Origin: Polaromonas sp.
GTDB taxonomy: Bacteria > Pseudomonadota > Gammaproteobacteria > Burkholderiales > Burkholderiaceae_C
Length of the DNA: 53,136 bases
Assembly: GCA_031393945.1 (NCBI GenBank)
Contig: JANMWH010000080.1
Span: forward strand, 1-53,136
Direction: 5' to 3'
Part shown: piece after piece, positions 48,760-53,136 of the stretch
Layout: every line of letters begins with the position of its first letter
How positions within the stretch are numbered: the first letter of the stretch is position 1
Position numbers and translations under genes: made by a program
Notes under the pieces: model-generated
The model's database searches: none
Seen by the model: only the letters and a program-made list of their open reading frames with translations
Told to the model about the DNA's origin: nothing

Positions 48760-49740
48760 GTGCACTTGATTATCACGGATGCATGGTTGGCAAAAAGTCG
48801 CCCGATTTATCTCACAGGGCCGCGTTTGGTGGCCGCTGGTTTGGTGGCGTCGTTGGTGCTGATGCTGGTTGCGGCGGGACTTTACCACTGGGTGTTTTTA
48901 AAAGGCGCTCGGGAAGGGTGGCCCATCATTGGCTCTCTCGTCAAACTGGTCGTTAAAGACGAGTTTGAGCAACGTGACCGCTTCATGCGCGAAAACCTTG
49001 ATGTCATGGCCAAGCGACTGGGCGAAATGCAAGCCAAAATGCTGCAGCTTGAGGCGTTAGGTGAGCGCGTTTCTGGTTTGGCGGGCGTTTCCCCAGCTGA
49101 AATCAAATCGCCTCTGGGAAGCGGCGGTGCGCTGGTTGGTAGCCGCTCACTCACGATGGACGAGTTGCAGGGCACGCTGGCAGACCTGGACAAACTCACA
49201 GATCAGCGTGTTGACCTCATGACGTTGATGGAATCACGCTTGTTTGATCTGAAAATTAAAAAACTTATGGTGCCCACCCAGCAGCCCGTGGTTGACAGTG
49301 TCTTGGGCTCGGCCTTCGGTTGGCGAATTGATCCGGTGAATGGTCGGTCGGCACTACACACGGGCCTGGACTTTCCGGCCGAACAAGGCTCACCGATCCT
49401 GGCCGCCGCAGGCGGTGTGGTGGTCACGGAGGAATATCACGCGGCTTACGGCAATATGGTGGAAATAGACCATGGCAACGATTTGCTGACCCGTTACGCG
49501 CATGCGTCCAAGACGCTGGTCAAAAAGGGCGACCTGATTAAACGTGGGCAGAAGATTGCCGAGGTTGGCTCGACAGGCCGCTCGACTGGCTCGCATCTCC
49601 ATTTCGAGGTTTTGGTGCAAGGCGTATTTCAAGACCCTCAGAAATTTCTGCTGGCGGGCAAAAATTTGCCAACCGGTCTCATGGCGTCCGCCAAGCCATT
49701 GCCTGCTTCGCGCCAAGCTCAGAGCGAGCGTCAAAAATAG
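48760..49740 (+). CDS. M23 family metallopeptidase
   Basis: HTGLD, YGNMVEIDH, RYAH, TGRSTGSHLHFEV; N-terminal TM segment plus coiled coil; GTG 48760. Confidence 0.92.
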   Translation: MHLIITDAWLAKSRPIYLTGPRLVAAGLVASLVLMLVAAGLYHWVFLKGAREGWPIIGSLVKLVVKDEFEQRDRFMRENLDVMAKRLGEMQAKMLQLEALGERVSGLAGVSPAEIKSPLGSGGALVGSRSLTMDELQGTLADLDKLTDQRVDLMTLMESRLFDLKIKKLMVPTQQPVVDSVLGSAFGWRIDPVNGRSALHTGLDFPAEQGSPILAAAGGVVVTEEYHAAYGNMVEIDHGNDLLTRYAHASKTLVKKGDLIKRGQKIAEVGSTGRSTGSHLHFEVLVQGVFQDPQKFLLAGKNLPTGLMASAKPLPASRQAQSERQK

Positions 49741-49874
49741 GGCCACGGCGGCGGTTAAAATCCACTGCTTTCGCATGGTTGAACTTTAGCTGTGCAGCCC
49801 CACCTGATTCCGTATTACTTAAGGGATTTCGGCCGCTTTGACTGTCTTCGGGGCAGTAGGGCGGCCTCGCATTT

Positions 49875-52661
49875 ATGGCTACCACTTTCCTCACCAAAAT
49901 CTTTGGCAGCCGCAACGACAGGCTTCTTAAAACTTACCGCAAGTCAATCGAGCGTATCAACGCATTAGAGCCAGAATACGAAAAGCTGGACGACGAGCAA
50001 TTGCGAGCCAAAACGCAAGAGTTTAAAGATCGCGTGGCGGCTGGCGAAACGTTGGACCAGATCTTGCCCGAGGCTTTTGCAGTGGTGCGTGAAGGCAGCA
50101 AGCGTGCCATGAAAATGCGCCACTTTGACGTGCAGATGCTGGGCGGCATGTCGCTGCACAACGGCAAAATTTCCGAAATGGGAACCGGCGAAGGCAAAAC
50201 CTTGACGTCAACCCTGCCGGTGTATTTAAATGCACTGACCGGAAAAGGTGTGCACGTGGTGACGGTCAATGACTATTTGGCCAATCGCGATGCGCGCTGG
50301 ATGGGCAAGCTGTACAACTTTGTCGGGCTCACGGTCGGCATCAATTTGCCGAACATGGAGCGCTCAGAAAAACAGGCGGCCTACCGCTGTGACATCACCT
50401 ACGGCACCAACAACGAGTATGGTTTTGATTACCTGCGCGACAACATGGTCTACGAGCCCGCAGACCGCGTACAGCGCGGGCTGAATTTCGCCATCGTCGA
50501 CGAAGTAGATTCCATTTTGATTGACGAGGCCCGCACGCCGCTCATCATCAGTGGCCAGGCCGAAGACCACACCGCGATGTACATCGCCATGAACAAAGTG
50601 GTGCCCGAGCTGACCAAGCAAGAGGGCGAAGCTGATCCCCGCACTGGCGAGGGCGTTACCAAGCCCGGTGATTTCACGCTCGACGAAAAAACGCACCAAG
50701 TATTTTTAACAGAGCAGGGCCACGAAAACGCCGAGCGTATTTTGTTTGCCTTGGGCTTGATTCCTGAAGGCGCAACGCTGTACGACCCGGCCAACATTAC
50801 TTTGGTGCATCATTTGTATGCAGCACTGCGGGCCAACCACCTCTACCACCGCGACCAGCACTACGTGGTGCAAGATAGCGAAAACGGCGGGAAAGAGATT
50901 GTGATTGTCGATGAGTTCACGGGCCGCCTGATGTCGGGCAGGCGCTGGAGCGACGGACTGCACCAAGCCGTTGAGGCCAAAGAGGGCGTGCAGATTCAGG
51001 CCGAAAACCAAACCCTGGCGTCGATCACTTTCCAAAACTACTTTCGCTTGTATGGCAAGCTTGCCGGCATGACTGGAACTGCGGACACTGAGGCGTTTGA
51101 GTTCTCGGAGATTTACGGCCTGGAGACCACCATCATCCCGCCGAATCGGGTCAGCAAGCGTGAAGACCAACTTGACCGCGTGTACAAAACCACGCGTGAA
51201 AAATACGAAGCCGCTATCAAAGACATTCGTGAATGTTACGAACGCGGGCAGCCCGTATTGGTCGGCACGACATCGATTGAAAATTCTGAAATCATTGACG
51301 AGCTCTTAACCAAAGAAAACCTGCCGCACCAAGTGCTCAATGCCAAACAGCACGCGCGCGAGGCAGACATCGTGGCGCAGGCCGGGCGTACCAAAATGGT
51401 TACCATCGCCACCAATATGGCAGGCCGCGGCACTGATATCGTGCTCGGCGGCAACGTGGAAAAGCGCATTGAAGCGGTGGAAGCCGATGACGCGCTGGAT
51501 GCTGCTGCAAAAGAAAAAGAAATTGCTCGCCTGCGCGATGAATGGCTTGCCGAGCACGAGCAAGTCAAAGCGCTTGGCGGTTTGCGCATCATCGCGACCG
51601 AGCGCCACGAGTCGCGCCGCATTGACAACCAGCTTCGGGGTCGCTCGGGTCGGCAGGGCGACACCGGGTCATCGCGCTTTTATTTAAGCCTTGACGATTC
51701 GCTGATGCGTATTTTTGCTGGCGACCGGGTCAAGTCCATCATGGACAGGCTAAAAATGCCCGACGGTGAGGCGATTGAGGCCGGCATCGTGACCCGCAGC
51801 ATTGAGTCCGCCCAGCGCAAGGTTGAGGCGCGCAATTTTGACGTGCGCAAACAGCTGCTTGAATACGACGACGTTGCCAACGACCAGCGCAAGGTTATTT
51901 ACCAGCAGCGCAACGACATCATGGACGCGCCCAGCCTGTCGGCTCAGATCAAATCACTGCGCGAAGGTTGCTTTACTGATTTGACCCGGCAGTACGTGCC
52001 GGTTGAAAGCGTTGAAGAGCAATGGGATATTGCGGGCCTGGAAAAGGTTTTGCGCGATGAGTGGCAGGTTGAGCTGCCGCTCACAAAAGACTTGGAAAAC
52101 GCCACCGCGATTACCGACGAGGATATCCTTGAAAAGGTTCTTGGCGCAACCAACGCCGCTTTCGCTGAAAAGCTTGCCTTGATTGGTGAAGAAAACTTTT
52201 TGCAGTTCAAACGCATGGTGCTGCTGCAAAGCATTGACACCCATTGGCGTGAACATTTAAGCTCGCTCGATTATTTGCGCCAAGGTATTCATTTGCGCGG
52301 TTACGCTCAAAAGCAGCCCAAGCAAGAGTACAAGCGGGAAGCTTTCGAGCTGTTTGGCCAGTTGCTCGACAGTGTAAAAAACGAAGTCACCAAAATATTG
52401 ATGACGGTCCAGATTCAGTCTGGCGAGCAATTGAATCAAGCCGCAGAAGAAATTGAAAATCGGGGCGAAAGCATTGCCAACGTCACCTACACCGCACCTA
52501 CTGAGTCGGGTGACGTCGAAACGCGTGTTGATGAGGACACGCAGCGGGTTGCACAAAACTCAGCGTTGCCCGCAGAAGTCATGCAGCGCACCGGCCGCAA
52601 TGACCCGTGTCCCTGCGGTTCGGGTAAAAAATTCAAGCAGTGCCACGGCAAGCTAAGCTGA
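49875..52661 (+). CDS. secA: Preprotein translocase ATPase
   Basis: [35 protein letters not shown]-terminal [14 protein letters not shown]. Confidence 0.99.
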   Translation: MATTFLTKIFGSRNDRLLKTYRKSIERINALEPEYEKLDDEQLRAKTQEFKDRVAAGETLDQILPEAFAVVREGSKRAMKMRHFDVQMLGGMSLHNGKISEMGTGEGKTLTSTLPVYLNALTGKGVHVVTVNDYLANRDARWMGKLYNFVGLTVGINLPNMERSEKQAAYRCDITYGTNNEYGFDYLRDNMVYEPADRVQRGLNFAIVDEVDSILIDEARTPLIISGQAEDHTAMYIAMNKVVPELTKQEGEADPRTGEGVTKPGDFTLDEKTHQVFLTEQGHENAERILFALGLIPEGATLYDPANITLVHHLYAALRANHLYHRDQHYVVQDSENGGKEIVIVDEFTGRLMSGRRWSDGLHQAVEAKEGVQIQAENQTLASITFQNYFRLYGKLAGMTGTADTEAFEFSEIYGLETTIIPPNRVSKREDQLDRVYKTTREKYEAAIKDIRECYERGQPVLVGTTSIENSEIIDELLTKENLPHQVLNAKQHAREADIVAQAGRTKMVTIATNMAGRGTDIVLGGNVEKRIEAVEADDALDAAAKEKEIARLRDEWLAEHEQVKALGGLRIIATERHESRRIDNQLRGRSGRQGDTGSSRFYLSLDDSLMRIFAGDRVKSIMDRLKMPDGEAIEAGIVTRSIESAQRKVEARNFDVRKQLLEYDDVANDQRKVIYQQRNDIMDAPSLSAQIKSLREGCFTDLTRQYVPVESVEEQWDIAGLEKVLRDEWQVELPLTKDLENATAITDEDILEKVLGATNAAFAEKLALIGEENFLQFKRMVLLQSIDTHWREHLSSLDYLRQGIHLRGYAQKQPKQEYKREAFELFGQLLDSVKNEVTKILMTVQIQSGEQLNQAAEEIENRGESIANVTYTAPTESGDVETRVDEDTQRVAQNSALPAEVMQRTGRNDPCPCGSGKKFKQCHGKLS

Positions 52662-52690
52662 ATTTACTTAACTTTCCTGAAAGACAGTCC

Positions 52691-53136
52691 ATGCCAGTGA
52701 ATTTTGTTGCAACACCGGCAACCGACCTGCATGCTGTGCCCGGTGTGCGCTGGGGCATCACCGAAGCAGGCATTCGCAAAGCCTACCGCAAAGACCTGGC
52801 AGTGCTGCTGATTGATGAAGGTGCATCTGTAGGTGGAGTCTTTACACAAAACAAGTTTTGCGCAGCGCCGGTGCAAATTTGCCGAGAGCACTTAGCAAAA
52901 AATAAGGGCCAAAATTTCGGCATTCGCGCCATAGTCGTAAACACTGGAAACGCCAATGCTGGTACCGGTGCCGACGGCTTGACCCGCGCCCAAGCCACTT
53001 GCATAGCGCTGGCGCGTGAGCTGAATGTTTCCCCTGAGCAAATTTTGCCGTTTTCAACTGGCGTGATCATGGAGCCGCTGCCGTATGAGCGGATTGAAGC
53101 GGGTCTGGCGGCTGCCATTGCCAACGCCAAGCTAGA
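52691..53136 (+). CDS. argJ: Bifunctional ornithine acetyltransferase/N-acetylglutamate synthase, 5' part
   Basis: Manual translation MPVNF...[12 protein letters not shown]...[13 protein letters not shown]...NTGNANAGTG...FSTGVIME; runs off the window end. Confidence 0.93.
   Translation, partial: MPVNFVATPATDLHAVPGVRWGITEAGIRKAYRKDLAVLLIDEGASVGGVFTQNKFCAAPVQICREHLAKNKGQNFGIRAIVVNTGNANAGTGADGLTRAQATCIALARELNVSPEQILPFSTGVIMEPLPYERIEAGLAAAIANAKL

Overview
Core-chromosome segment of a betaproteobacterium, probably Comamonadaceae and Polaromonas-like (inferred from gene order and protein similarity; no database search was run). Gene order: partial RNB-family RNase, rodA, mlaFEDACB, ABC-2 transporter, bolA, murA, a his operon interrupted by tfoX, four type II PIN toxin-antitoxin pairs and a fasciclin lipoprotein, tatABC, a Rieske oxygenase, xseB-ispA-dxs, a TRAP transporter, a selenoneine cluster (selD/senC, senB, senA), a lamin-tail/metzincin lipoprotein with a small partner, degQ-like protease, cysK, nif3, pdxA, mscL, petABC, sspAB, tRNA-Thr(UGU), DUF721-like gene, M23 peptidase, secA and partial argJ. 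The most striking unexplained signal is a dispersed ~50-bp bipartite palindromic motif, roughly TAGCCC-N9-GGGC-GCGAGCA-GCTAT-N7-ATAGC, often flanked by ~10-bp-phased A/T tracts. It has 8 clear copies. Six are intergenic, several at apparent rearrangement or insertion junctions. Two lie in frame inside housekeeping genes: one supplies the hisD start codon and N-terminus, and one encodes about 17 residues of Nif3. Start codons were chosen by eye and often differ from the ORF track.
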